IMG/VR virus record: IMGVR_UViG_3300037307_000196 | Coordinates: 1-43,441 of that record | Source: a virus | Taxonomy: Duplodnaviria > Caudoviricetes | Strand: one strand, 5' to 3' | DNA length: 43,441 nucleotides | Part shown: piece by piece, positions 17,377-26,669 of the stretch | Layout: the number at the start of each line of letters is the position of its first letter | How positions within the stretch are numbered: position 1 is the first letter of the stretch | Made by a program: the position numbers and the translations under genes | Notes under the pieces: model-generated | The model's database searches: none | What the model was told of the DNA's origin: nothing | The model's input: the letters and a program-made list of their open reading frames with translations, nothing else

Positions 17377-18570
17377 ATGACGAACAAGGAACTGATCGAG
17401 AAGGCGACGATCACCACCGACGCGATGGCCGCCGCCGGGCTTCTCAATCCGGAGCAGGCCGACAAGTTCATCGACTACGTGATCGACGAGACCGGCGTGA
17501 AGAACGTCTGCCGGATCGTCCGCTTCAAGCCGTCCCAGAAGTACATCGACAAGATCAACGTGGCGAACCGCGTGGCGGTGCCCAAGGAGGAGGCGGTCGA
17601 CCCGGGCATCCGGCGCGGCGTCAGCACCTCCCGGATCGTGCTCGAGCACCGCGAGATCATGGTGCCGTTCGAGCTGTCGGACATCGTGAAGGAGGAGAAC
17701 ATCGAGGGCGACGCGGTCGAGGACCACATCGTCAAGATGATGGCGACTCGCTTCGCGAACAACATGGAGGAGATGTTCTGGGACGGGAACACCCTCGGCC
17801 CGGCGGTGCAGGAGAGCGAGCTGTACGAGGGCGGCTCGGCCCTCTACATCAAGGACAGCCTGCTCGCGCTGTTCGGCGGCTTCCTGAAGAAGTCGGACTC
17901 GGGCCACATCGTCGACGCGGCCGGCGAGGCGATCAGCCCGTCGCTGCTCAGCCGCGCGCTGAACGCGATGCCCAACAAGTTCCGCAAGAACAAGGCGATG
18001 CTCAAGTTCTTCATGTCGCCGGACCACGAGCAGGTCTACCGCGAGAAGGTCAGCACCCGCGCCACGGCGTCGGGCGACGCGGCCCTCGCGTCGACCGGCA
18101 ACATCCCCAGCTTCGGCGTGGAGATGCTGCCGATCTCCCTGCTCTCCGCGACGCCGAAGTACGCCGAGAACTCCGTCGCCAACACCGACGGGACCACGGC
18201 CACGGCGCTGAGCTACGGCCCGATCGACGACCTCGTGCTGACCCCGACCACGCTCGGCAGCATCCCGACGGCGAAGTACGTCGAGGGCGTGGACTACTCC
18301 GTCAACGAGACGGCCGGCACCTGGACCCGCCTCGCTGGCGGGGCCATCGGCTCGGGCGCGACGGTGAAGGCCACGTACAAGACGGCCGGCCGCATCATCC
18401 TGACCAACCCGCAGAACCTCATTGTCTGCATCGGCCGCGACGTGCGGATCGAGAAGGACCGCAACATCTTCAAGAGCGTGAACGAGTTCGCGATCACGGC
18501 GAAGGTCTGGGCCGAGGTCGAGGAGACGGACGCGCTCGTCATGATCAAGAACGTGGCGGTCCCGGCGTAG
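17377..18570 (+). CDS. Major capsid protein (HK97 fold, XkdG-like)
   Basis: IEKATITT..AAGLLNPEQADKFIDYV, EENIEG, AMPNKFR, LTNPQNLIV.I.RDVRIE; strong codon bias. Confidence 0.92.
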   Translation: MTNKELIEKATITTDAMAAAGLLNPEQADKFIDYVIDETGVKNVCRIVRFKPSQKYIDKINVANRVAVPKEEAVDPGIRRGVSTSRIVLEHREIMVPFELSDIVKEENIEGDAVEDHIVKMMATRFANNMEEMFWDGNTLGPAVQESELYEGGSALYIKDSLLALFGGFLKKSDSGHIVDAAGEAISPSLLSRALNAMPNKFRKNKAMLKFFMSPDHEQVYREKVSTRATASGDAALASTGNIPSFGVEMLPISLLSATPKYAENSVANTDGTTATALSYGPIDDLVLTPTTLGSIPTAKYVEGVDYSVNETAGTWTRLAGGAIGSGATVKATYKTAGRIILTNPQNLIVCIGRDVRIEKDRNIFKSVNEFAITAKVWAEVEETDALVMIKNVAVPA

Positions 18571-18621
18571 CCCGCGTGCTGCGCTGCTAGCGCCTGCTGA
18601 AGCGAAACCAGGAGGCAAGAG

Positions 18622-18873
18622 ATGAAGGCCGAGATCACCTACAACGGCGCCCGGTCGTACCTGGTCGGGGGCGTCAAGTTCATCGACGGGGTCACGCGGA
18701 CCGTGACGGACCCCGCGCTGATCGAGCGATGCAAGGTCACTGCGGGCTTCGCTGTGCATGTGCTGAAGGAGAAGGTCGTTCGCGAGGTCGCGACGCACGA
18801 CCGGCCGAGGGCCGTGCCCGACGAGGTCGAGCCCGTGGCGAAGCGCAAGGCCAAGGCCATGAAGAGCGAGTGA
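18622..18873 (+). CDS. Hypothetical protein downstream of MCP
   Basis: CAGGAGG RBS, ATG, GC3-rich codons. Confidence 0.65.
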   Translation: MKAEITYNGARSYLVGGVKFIDGVTRTVTDPALIERCKVTAGFAVHVLKEKVVREVATHDRPRAVPDEVEPVAKRKAKAMKSE

Positions 18874-18877
18874 CCAT

Positions 18878-19231
18878 GTGGTCGTCGCCAACACGGCTCG
18901 GGGGCTGACAAGCTCCCACGACCTGACCCAACCCGAGTCCCTCGCCGCCCTCCGTGACCTGCTAGACGCAGGGCAGGTCACAGCCCTGTCCATCGTTCGG
19001 GACGGGGTGCAGCACGCGCTCACCGCGCCGCGCGGGGCCGGCCGCTTCGTCTTCGGAGCGGACCCGATCGTTGACAGCTCCGATACCGTCGTCGGCGAGC
19101 GCGTCTTTGTGCAGGCCGGTGACGTTCGAGCGATCGTCTCCGCAACGTTCGGAAGCAGCATCGTCCGCACCGACTTGGTTAGAACCGGCGCGATGCGGTA
19201 TGCTCCCCGAGGAGAAAGGCGCCGCGGATGA
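18878..19231 (+). CDS. Hypothetical protein
   Basis: Fills the gap in the operon; ATGA overlap with next gene. Confidence 0.55.
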   Translation: MVVANTARGLTSSHDLTQPESLAALRDLLDAGQVTALSIVRDGVQHALTAPRGAGRFVFGADPIVDSSDTVVGERVFVQAGDVRAIVSATFGSSIVRTDLVRTGAMRYAPRGERRRG

Positions 19232-19650
19232 GAACGCTACCCGTAGGGATCGGCGGTGGGCTCACGGGGGCGTTCCGAGCTTATTGCTACGCGACGGACC
19301 GGCCGGGCGACGCGGTCTACATCATGGGGGACAAGGTCGGCTCGACCTATCAGGTCACACGGGTCGACATCGACGATTCCGACCCCGTCGTTGCAATCGC
19401 GGTCGGCGTCATCCACTCGAAGCAGAGCCCGGCGCTCTGCACCGTCCGCGTCTCAGGCGAGCTGGACGGGGTCTACACGGGGCTCCCGCCGGGGCGGCTC
19501 GTGTTCGTCGGAACGGACGGGCGCTTGACCGTGACTCCTCCCGCGCGCCCTTTGGCGGGCACCCGCGTCCTGAACGCGGTTGGCTATACCCTGGCCTCTG
19601 GTGCTATCATGGTCCGCGTCGCATCACCCGCACGGTTGCAGAGCGCATAG
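19228..19650 (+). CDS. Capsid cement/decoration-like protein (DUF2190-like beta fold)
   Basis: GDAVYI..AVGVI..V..SGE..TGLPPG..FVGTDG.LT..PP..VGY pattern; similar to C-terminus of 20134-21876. Confidence 0.65.
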   Translation: MRTLPVGIGGGLTGAFRAYCYATDRPGDAVYIMGDKVGSTYQVTRVDIDDSDPVVAIAVGVIHSKQSPALCTVRVSGELDGVYTGLPPGRLVFVGTDGRLTVTPPARPLAGTRVLNAVGYTLASGAIMVRVASPARLQSA

Positions 19651-19665
19651 CGAAGGAGCGAGTAC

Positions 19666-20085
19666 ATGCCCAAGAAGAAGGCCGACTCGAACGGAACCCC
19701 CAAGCTCACGAAGCCGCGGGCTCGCAAGCCGCGAGGGAAGGCCGGGATGCAGCCGGTATTCCCGGTCGACGAGGTCGTGAAGATGTCCGACATCGAGCGG
19801 CTCTCCGTCGGCAAGGTTGACGCGGAGCTGGCGAACCTTCTCCAGGCGATCCGCATCCACGACCTCGAAGGCGAGAAGCTGGCCCGTGAACATGCGGCAT
19901 CGATGCAGACCCGCGCGGCACATCGGGCGCAGCTCATCGCTGCGTTCGAGGCGAAGAAGCGGGAGCACGAGCAAACGGTCAAGGACGTGGCCCAACGCTA
20001 TGACCTCGACCCGTCGCAGTTCACCTACGACCCCGAGAGCGGGGTCCTGCACGACATCAGGAACAAGCCCGAGGCCACCGGCTAG
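19666..20085 (+). CDS. Coiled-coil hypothetical protein
   Basis: AAGGAG RBS; helical body ending YDLDP..FTYDPESG. Confidence 0.65.
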   Translation: MPKKKADSNGTPKLTKPRARKPRGKAGMQPVFPVDEVVKMSDIERLSVGKVDAELANLLQAIRIHDLEGEKLAREHAASMQTRAAHRAQLIAAFEAKKREHEQTVKDVAQRYDLDPSQFTYDPESGVLHDIRNKPEATG

Positions 20086-20133
20086 GCAGGTGCCTCCGAG
20101 CCCTCGGCTGACGCCAACGAAGGAGAGGAACAG

Positions 20134-21876
20134 ATGGCAGCCAGGAAACCGTTGTTCATGGGGTCCGAGGGCTTCTCGGAGGAGATGGCGACCAGCGACA
20201 GCATGACGCTGGGTGGCCTCACGATGGGCGGCAACATCGTGATGGGCACGAACAAGCTGACCGGCCTCGGAGCAGCTTCCGGCTCCGGGGAGGCGCTGGT
20301 CTACGGGCAGGCGAGCGGCAGCCTCGCCGGCCTGACGCTGACCGGCGACCTCGCGATGAGCAACCAGAAGATCACCGGCCTCGGCGCTCCGTCGGCGGCC
20401 GGCGACGCCACGAACAAGAGCTACGTCGACACGATGATCGTGACCGGCGGGCAGTTCAAGGCGGCGCTGCTCACGACCGATCAGAAGTCGGACTCGCTCG
20501 GCATCAAGGCGGCCGAGGTGCTGTTCTTCGCGCAGCAGCCCGCGGTCGGCGACACGGTCATCTTCAAGAACGGGTCGCTGACTCGCACGTACACCTTCGT
20601 CGCGGACCAGGGCTCAGAGTCCGCGGCGACCGACGTGTCGCGCGAGACCGACGCACCGACGGCGATGGCTCGCCTCGTGACCCGCGCGATGGCCGACGCG
20701 GGCAACACGCAGTGGGATCTGTACTGGGAGCCGGCGGATCAGGACCGCATCAACGCCGCTGGCGTGATTGTGGTCGTGGACAAGAGCACCGCCTCCGGCG
20801 CCAGCGACAGCCGCATCTACGGCGTCTGGACGACGCAGGCCGACGCGAAGGTGGTCGAGTACGCCTCCGGCGCGACGCCGACGGTGAACAACGACTACAC
20901 CTCGATCACGGCGGTGACGCTCCCGGCCGCTGACCCCGGCGCTGGCCGCTTCGGCTACCGGGCGCAGGCGAGCGTGCTCGTCGACGGCGAGCTGCACTAC
21001 TTCCTCGGCGAGGACGAAATCTGGGGCTGGGACGCCGACGCCGACGTGTGGCAGCAGTTCTCCGGCACCGGCTCGGTCCCGGACGCGACCTCGGCCGCGG
21101 GCGGTGGGACCAAGGGCAAGATGACCGCCGACGAGGACTACGCGCTCTACCTCACGAGCGGCATCCTCCGGCTGAAGCTGGCGACGGCCGGCGCCCTCGA
21201 GTTCAAGACGGGCACGCCGAAGGAGCTGGCGGTCAAGCTCGAGGCGTCCAATCCGACTCTCCAGATCGACGGCAGCAACCAGCTCGGCGCCAAGCTCGAC
21301 GCGAACGGCGCCGTCGTGACAGGGGCCGGTGGGCTCAAGGTCAACGTCGAGGCAACCAACCCGGCGCTGGCGATCACCGGCAACGAGCTGGACGTGAAGT
21401 ACCAGACGGCGAAGGGGCTCAACAGCGACGGGAGCGGCCTGCTCGTCAAGGTGGATGGCACCACGATCACCTTCGACGGAAGCGGCAACCTGCAAGCGTC
21501 CGGCGCCGCGGAGGCGGAACGGGTCGAGAACACGATGAACACGGCGACCGATACCGTGGCCGTCGCCGACCCGGTCTACGCCAACGGCGACGAGACGATC
21601 GGCAAGGCCGACACGACCGACACGAAGGCCCGCGTGCTCGGCATCATCCGCAGCGGTTCCGGCGCCGCGCCGCAGGCGGTGCAGGTCGTGACCTGCGGGC
21701 GCTGCAACGGTGTGCTGTCGGGCGCGACGCCGAACACGCCCTACTACCTCGCGGACGGCGGCGGGATCAGCACGAGCCTGCCGACTGCCGGCAAGCGCGT
21801 GATCATGGTCGGCTACGCGATCGGCGACACCGACCTTATGGTCGACATCAAGGACTACGGTAAAAAGGCTGCATAG
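20134..21876 (+). CDS. Head/tail fibre-like virion protein with C-terminal DUF2190-like domain
   Basis: Fibre stalk motifs KITGLGAP..DATNKSYVD, Gly/Thr-rich beta repeats, C-terminal DPVY..VLGII..G..TPNTPYYL..GG.STS.P. Confidence 0.8.
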   Translation: MAARKPLFMGSEGFSEEMATSDSMTLGGLTMGGNIVMGTNKLTGLGAASGSGEALVYGQASGSLAGLTLTGDLAMSNQKITGLGAPSAAGDATNKSYVDTMIVTGGQFKAALLTTDQKSDSLGIKAAEVLFFAQQPAVGDTVIFKNGSLTRTYTFVADQGSESAATDVSRETDAPTAMARLVTRAMADAGNTQWDLYWEPADQDRINAAGVIVVVDKSTASGASDSRIYGVWTTQADAKVVEYASGATPTVNNDYTSITAVTLPAADPGAGRFGYRAQASVLVDGELHYFLGEDEIWGWDADADVWQQFSGTGSVPDATSAAGGGTKGKMTADEDYALYLTSGILRLKLATAGALEFKTGTPKELAVKLEASNPTLQIDGSNQLGAKLDANGAVVTGAGGLKVNVEATNPALAITGNELDVKYQTAKGLNSDGSGLLVKVDGTTITFDGSGNLQASGAAEAERVENTMNTATDTVAVADPVYANGDETIGKADTTDTKARVLGIIRSGSGAAPQAVQVVTCGRCNGVLSGATPNTPYYLADGGGISTSLPTAGKRVIMVGYAIGDTDLMVDIKDYGKKAA

Positions 21877-21897
21877 GGCTATATAGGTCGATAGCCC

Positions 21898-21926
21898 TTG
21901 CCTCCGTAGTTCAACAGGGCTAGGCT
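21898..21926 (+). promoter_or_regulatory. Putative promoter for the HNH gene
   Basis: TTGCCT(21898-903)-17 nt-TAGGCT(21921-26). Confidence 0.5.
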
Positions 21927-21970
21927 TGGGGCCAAAGGAGGCCCAGAATGCAACCAGGTCCCAAGCCTAG
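21920..21970 (+). promoter_or_regulatory. RNA hairpin enclosing the RBS and ATG of the HNH gene
   Basis: CTAGGCTTGGG(21920-30) is the exact reverse complement of CCCAAGCCTAG(21960-70); AAAGGAGG and ATG 21948 lie between the arms. Confidence 0.7.
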
Positions 21971-22589
21971 ACCTATCGAGGAGCGGTTCTGGAAGAAGGT
22001 TCACAAGACTAGCGGCTGCTGGTTCTGGACAGGTGCAATGAACGGGGCTGGGTACGGCTTGATCTTGTGCGGCGGCACCAAGCAGCTCGCCCACCGCGTA
22101 GCATGGGAGCTGACTTGCGGAGTGATACCAGACGGAGAGCTTGTCTTGCATCGGTGCAACACATCTTCGTGCGTGAAGCCAGAGCACTTGAAGCTGGGGT
22201 CGCAGCGCGACAACATGCAAGACAGGCTCCGTGACGGCCGGCACCACTACTCCGGGGTGAAGCTGACGGCGGAGGACATCCCAGAGATCGTTCGGCGGTA
22301 CAAAGCGGGCGAGGCGCAGAAGGAGATCGCGAAGGACTACGGCATCTCGTCAGCGACCGTCTCTGGCATCATTCGAGGGAAGTACTGGTCGCACGTTACG
22401 GCGCAGCTCCGGCTACCTCGCCCTCGCAAGAACACCGGGCAACGGAAGCTAGATGAGCAGACGGTGCGCATGATTCGAGCTGCGTACCTTCGGGGCGAGA
22501 CGCAGCAGGGGTTGGCCGTTGAGCACGGGATCAGCAAGGCACTCGTGCAGCAGATCGTGACAGGACGTGCCTGGAAGCACGTTCAATGA
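21948..22589 (+). mobile_element. HNH homing endonuclease with two C-terminal HTH repeats
   Basis: RFWKKV..GCWFWTG..GYG..AHRVAW..VLHRCN..CVKPEHL..G.QRDNMQD; two KL..I..Y..GE.Q..A...GIS..V..I..G..W.HV repeats. Confidence 0.9.
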
Positions 22590-22598
22590 GGTGAAGCA

Positions 22599-22838
22599 AT
22601 GGCGAAGCCGGACATCCACATCACGCCCAAGAAGTTCGCCAGCCGGGCGGTGCAGAACAGCGTGCAGGCCGGGGCCAAGGCCGACGCGACCCGGACGAAG
22701 GGGCGGAAGGGGTACATCGTCGCGACCTTCAGCAGTGCCGGGCACGCGAACAAGTGGAAGAAGGACATGGAGGACGCCGGCTACGCGGCGGAGAAGTGCT
22801 GGGCGGGCAGGGAGACCGTGCTGGTCACGGCGAAGTAG
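22599..22838 (+). CDS. Small basic protein (paralog A)
   Basis: GAGGTG RBS; RTKGRKGYIVATFSSAGHANKW. Confidence 0.7.
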   Translation: MAKPDIHITPKKFASRAVQNSVQAGAKADATRTKGRKGYIVATFSSAGHANKWKKDMEDAGYAAEKCWAGRETVLVTAK

Positions 22839-22839
22839 C

Positions 22840-23049
22840 ATGGCTCCGAAGAAGAGCAGCAGCAAGACGCCGGCAACGGTGGTGGGGCTTCGGGCCTCCG
22901 CTATCGCTGCCGGCGCCGTTCGTACCAAGACCAGGCGGGCATACGTCGCGGCTCACTTCTCGTCGGAAGCTGCGGCGCAGAAGTGGGCGGCAAGGATCCC
23001 TGGCGCAGCTCTGGTGAAGCCCTGCATCGTCCTCGCGCGCATGGTGTAG
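22840..23049 (+). CDS. Small basic protein (paralog B)
   Basis: ATG 1 nt after previous stop; RTKTRRAYVAAHFSSEAAAQKW. Confidence 0.65.
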   Translation: MAPKKSSSKTPATVVGLRASAIAAGAVRTKTRRAYVAAHFSSEAAAQKWAARIPGAALVKPCIVLARMV

Positions 23050-23052
23050 CCG

Positions 23053-23637
23053 ATGGCCCCGCCGCCGAACCTCGACCGGGTGCAGGCCGTCAAGTGGGAG
23101 GACCCGTCTCACGGCGGGACGCAGACCGACCCGTACCCTAGCGGCATCGACGAGAACGAAGACGCGCTCTCGGCTCGCGGCTACTACTTCCAGCCGGCCG
23201 GCGGCCCAGCAGACGAGGAGATGCTGGTCTGGCGGGACGGGGACAACCTCAAGTTCCAGGACAAGCTGGCCGGGCCGCTGACCCTCTCGCAGCTCGCGAC
23301 GGGCGGCAGCGGCATCACGGAGGCCCAGCACCGCATCCTGCGTTCGCTGATCCACTTCATCGAAGACGGGCCGGCCGAGGGCTTCGCGACCGGGGCCTAC
23401 CGCGAGATCACCGGCACGGTCTTCCCGACGGCGATCGTGTGGTGGGAGACGAGCGGCAAGCTGAAGAAGATCGTCGAGCGGCTGATCACCTGGACGAGCG
23501 GCCAGCCGACGACCGACAAGTGGAAGGTCTACGACACCGACGGTAGCACGGTCCTCTGGACCATCACGGACACGATCAGCTACTCTGGTGCGTTCGAGAC
23601 GAGCAGGACGCGCGCCATCGTGAGCGGAGACGCATAG
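23053..23637 (+). CDS. Probable virion structural protein
   Basis: Tight spacing, biased codons, beta-rich C-terminus. Confidence 0.75.
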   Translation: MAPPPNLDRVQAVKWEDPSHGGTQTDPYPSGIDENEDALSARGYYFQPAGGPADEEMLVWRDGDNLKFQDKLAGPLTLSQLATGGSGITEAQHRILRSLIHFIEDGPAEGFATGAYREITGTVFPTAIVWWETSGKLKKIVERLITWTSGQPTTDKWKVYDTDGSTVLWTITDTISYSGAFETSRTRAIVSGDA

Positions 23638-23638
23638 C

Positions 23639-24814
23639 ATGGGTGGGATCAGTCCAGCCGCGATCCTCTACGACGCAGCAGGGAACGCGATCAAGGTCGT
23701 CACCGACGGTGCAGACTACCTGCTCGGTATGGCGGCCAAGCTCCGCAACGCGGCGGGCACGGTCATCAACCCGTCGACGGAGGACACCCTAGCGACCCGT
23801 GCGAGCGAGACGACTGCGGCTGCGATCAAGGCCAAGACCGACAACCTCCCGGCCGACCCAGCGCGCGAGGGGGGCAACCTCTCGACGCTCGCCGGCAAGG
23901 ACTTCGCCACCCAGACCACGCTGGCCTCCATCCTCTCTGGGCTCACCGCGTCGCTGGACGTGGCGCTGTCAACACGCGCGGCGCAGACCACGGCAGCAGC
24001 CGTGCAGACTGCGCTGGAGGCCATTCGCGACACGGCCGGTGTGAAGAAGATCACCGACCAGCTCCCAGCAGGGACAAACGAGGTCGGCAAGGTCGCGCAA
24101 GGCACGAAGGCCGCGGGCGGAGGGGCGTGGCCGCAGGTGCTCTACGACGCCAGTGGGAACGTAGTCGGCGTGGTGCTCGACGGGTCGATCTACCGCTTGC
24201 AGGCCGAGGCCAAGGTCGCGAAGGGCGCCAGCGACCTCGTGCTGCTGGACGTGGTCGACACGACCTCTGGACGGGGGCGGTTGAAGGCCACGCTCTACAC
24301 GCCGGACGGTGACCCGATCACCTTCGGCTCCGTGCCTCCAAATCCGTCGTCGATCAAGAACGCCTTTGCGCTCAACGGCGCGTCAGACAACCTGCTCGTC
24401 GACGGCAGTGGTACGCCGGTCGTTTTCAGCTACGATGCCGACCCGACCCACGACATCTCGATCCAAGAGCTGCGGTTCACGCTGGCGTCGAACGCCATCA
24501 CTTTCGGTGCCGGCTACTTCGGCGCCACATCCGGGCCGCTCGCCAACGGCGTGCTCGTCGAGATCATCGCGGGCGGCGAGACGGGCACCGTCGCGGTGCT
24601 GAAGCAGAACGAGTCCTTCGTGAACTTCGCCTCGCCTGGTGGATTCACCTGGGTTGTCTCGTCGAAGGACCTCTTGAGCACCAGCTTGGTTGTCGGTGGC
24701 GCGTTCAAGTTGGTTGCAGGTTCATCCGACAAAATCAAGGTGACGGTGCGGGACGATATCGACGCGGCCGGCGTCTACTTCAAGTGCTTCGTCAAGGGCA
24801 ACCTGCTGGGGTAG
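23639..24814 (+). CDS. Probable virion fibre/structural protein
   Basis: Repeated LYDA.GN motifs, Ala/Thr-rich stalk, beta-sandwich-like C-terminus. Confidence 0.75.
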   Translation: MGGISPAAILYDAAGNAIKVVTDGADYLLGMAAKLRNAAGTVINPSTEDTLATRASETTAAAIKAKTDNLPADPAREGGNLSTLAGKDFATQTTLASILSGLTASLDVALSTRAAQTTAAAVQTALEAIRDTAGVKKITDQLPAGTNEVGKVAQGTKAAGGGAWPQVLYDASGNVVGVVLDGSIYRLQAEAKVAKGASDLVLLDVVDTTSGRGRLKATLYTPDGDPITFGSVPPNPSSIKNAFALNGASDNLLVDGSGTPVVFSYDADPTHDISIQELRFTLASNAITFGAGYFGATSGPLANGVLVEIIAGGETGTVAVLKQNESFVNFASPGGFTWVVSSKDLLSTSLVVGGAFKLVAGSSDKIKVTVRDDIDAAGVYFKCFVKGNLLG

Positions 24815-24820
24815 AGGACG

Positions 24821-25531
24821 ATGCCTTCGTTCAACGTCGACCCGACCTTCAAGACGCAGTGGATGCTGCGCCGCTTCGGCAACCTCACGGCGCTGAGCAC
24901 GAGCGAGGTGCTGCTTGCGGCACGGGCCTACGCCGAGCAGAGCAGCCAGGCGCAGCGGTCGGTCGTCTCCACCTCGTCGCAGGACGCTCCGGCCGGCAGC
25001 GGTGCAAAGCAGGTTCGCATCACCTACCTCACTTCTGCCTACGAGCTGAAGACAGAGGACGTGACGCTGAACGGGACAGCCGCTGTCAACACGGTTGGGA
25101 CGGACATCCGCTTCATCGAGAAGTACCAAGTCATCCAAGGGGCCGCGGCGGCTGGCGCGATCAAGCTCATGTCCTCGACGGGAGGCGGTGGCTCGGAGGT
25201 CTGCGGCATCGGTGTTGGAACAGCCGACGCCTTCCTCTGCCACCACTACGTTCCGGCCGGCAAGCAGGCGTGGGTCTACGGCTGGGGCATCACCTCCGAC
25301 GACGAGGTGAAGGTGAAGCTCATGGGCCGCGCGACCTACAGCGGAAACGTGGTCGATGAGCATTGGGATCTGGTCAACCTCATGGGCGTGACCCCGCCGT
25401 CGTTTCTGGAGTTCAACAAGCGGTGCCTCGCCATCCCTGCTGGGGGGCGGTCGTATGTGCGGCTCACCGTCGTGCCGAACCAAGCCACGAGCACAACGAT
25501 TCGTGGCGAGCTTCTCATCTGGGAGGAATGA
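24821..25531 (+). CDS. Probable virion structural protein
   Basis: DAPAGSGAKQVRITYL..TEDVTLNGT.AV motif; operon context. Confidence 0.75.
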   Translation: MPSFNVDPTFKTQWMLRRFGNLTALSTSEVLLAARAYAEQSSQAQRSVVSTSSQDAPAGSGAKQVRITYLTSAYELKTEDVTLNGTAAVNTVGTDIRFIEKYQVIQGAAAAGAIKLMSSTGGGGSEVCGIGVGTADAFLCHHYVPAGKQAWVYGWGITSDDEVKVKLMGRATYSGNVVDEHWDLVNLMGVTPPSFLEFNKRCLAIPAGGRSYVRLTVVPNQATSTTIRGELLIWEE

Positions 25532-25534
25532 ACG

Positions 25535-26668
25535 ATGCGACTCGCAGCCTTGCTCTTGACCTTGCTTCTCACAGGCACCGCCGCAGCACAGACCTGCCCG
25601 ACCCCGGCGCAGCTCACGACCGACCTCGACGCAGCATCACAGGCGGCCGTGATCTCGCTGTCTGGTGTCAACCCTCTCGCCTGCCCAGAGGTGCCGATGG
25701 TGCAGACCTGGGACGGCGGGAAGCTGATCTTCTCCGACTCGCCAGAGAAGCCGACGTTGCGCGGCAAGCTCTACGAGGACGCCACCCTCGGCTACACGAG
25801 CGGCACGGTCTACAACCGCGTCTTCGCCTACCACGTCAACGGGTACGGCGGCTCGACCAAGATGAAGTTCGCCATCTTGCTGAAGAACACGAGCGGCGCG
25901 TCCGGGACGCTGACACTGCAAAGGAGCGGGACGGCAGGGCCGACGACGAGCTACCTCTACGCGGGCAAGCTGGCCTTTCAGCGGTGGCTGACCTCGACCG
26001 CGGCAGCGCCGGTCAGCGTCGCTGCTGGGCAGACCGTGAGGCTGACGACCGCGATCGAAACGCTCGCGTCGCCGAACAACCTCATGCACGGCATCTACGA
26101 CTACAGCTTCAGCCAGAGCCACCAGCTCACCGTCTGCGCACTGAACCAGAACGATGACCCGGTCAGCGTGTGCCCAGGGCTGGCAGTGCTCTCCCGCGAC
26201 ACGCACCAGCGCGGGACGTTCCCTTATGCCGAGAAGATCTATGACACCGCAAGCGGGGTGCAGATCGACACGGCGGGCGGGGTGCAGCAGCTCCCGCTGG
26301 CTGGGAACACGCCGGCCGACTCGGCCGCGGTTGGGACCGACGCCACCGACGGATCGCAGCAGACTCTCGCCGGCAACTACGGTGTGCTCTACAAGCTGCA
26401 CCTGAACACGAAGGCCACCGACGGGAAGAAGCTCGGCATCCTGATCAACCCACGAGGCGGCCAGTGGGGCGGGGCGCAGTGGGCGGTCGCCGGCATCACG
26501 CCAGGAGGGAAGATCCTCATCCCGGACAGCAGCGGCTCGACTGGTGACAACACGAAGGGCGCGGTCAGCGGGAAGTGGTCGCCAGGGAGCAGCCTCACGG
26601 TCTGGTGCCAGTTCATGCCGACTGGAGGGGCGGCCTTCCCGCTGCGCTTCGTTCCGGTGCCGTACTAG
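25535..26668 (+). CDS. Secreted protein of unknown function (signal peptide)
   Basis: MRLAALLLTLLLTGTAAA-Q signal peptide; LIFSDSPE, GNYGVLY, INPRGG motifs. Confidence 0.75.
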   Translation: MRLAALLLTLLLTGTAAAQTCPTPAQLTTDLDAASQAAVISLSGVNPLACPEVPMVQTWDGGKLIFSDSPEKPTLRGKLYEDATLGYTSGTVYNRVFAYHVNGYGGSTKMKFAILLKNTSGASGTLTLQRSGTAGPTTSYLYAGKLAFQRWLTSTAAAPVSVAAGQTVRLTTAIETLASPNNLMHGIYDYSFSQSHQLTVCALNQNDDPVSVCPGLAVLSRDTHQRGTFPYAEKIYDTASGVQIDTAGGVQQLPLAGNTPADSAAVGTDATDGSQQTLAGNYGVLYKLHLNTKATDGKKLGILINPRGGQWGGAQWAVAGITPGGKILIPDSSGSTGDNTKGAVSGKWSPGSSLTVWCQFMPTGGAAFPLRFVPVPY

Positions 26669-26669
26669 C

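Noticed and set aside
14960-19170. Long minus-strand ORFs (776 aa, 478 aa, 658 aa) and similar ones elsewhere
   Set aside because: Antisense shadows of GC3-biased genes; no motifs or RBS
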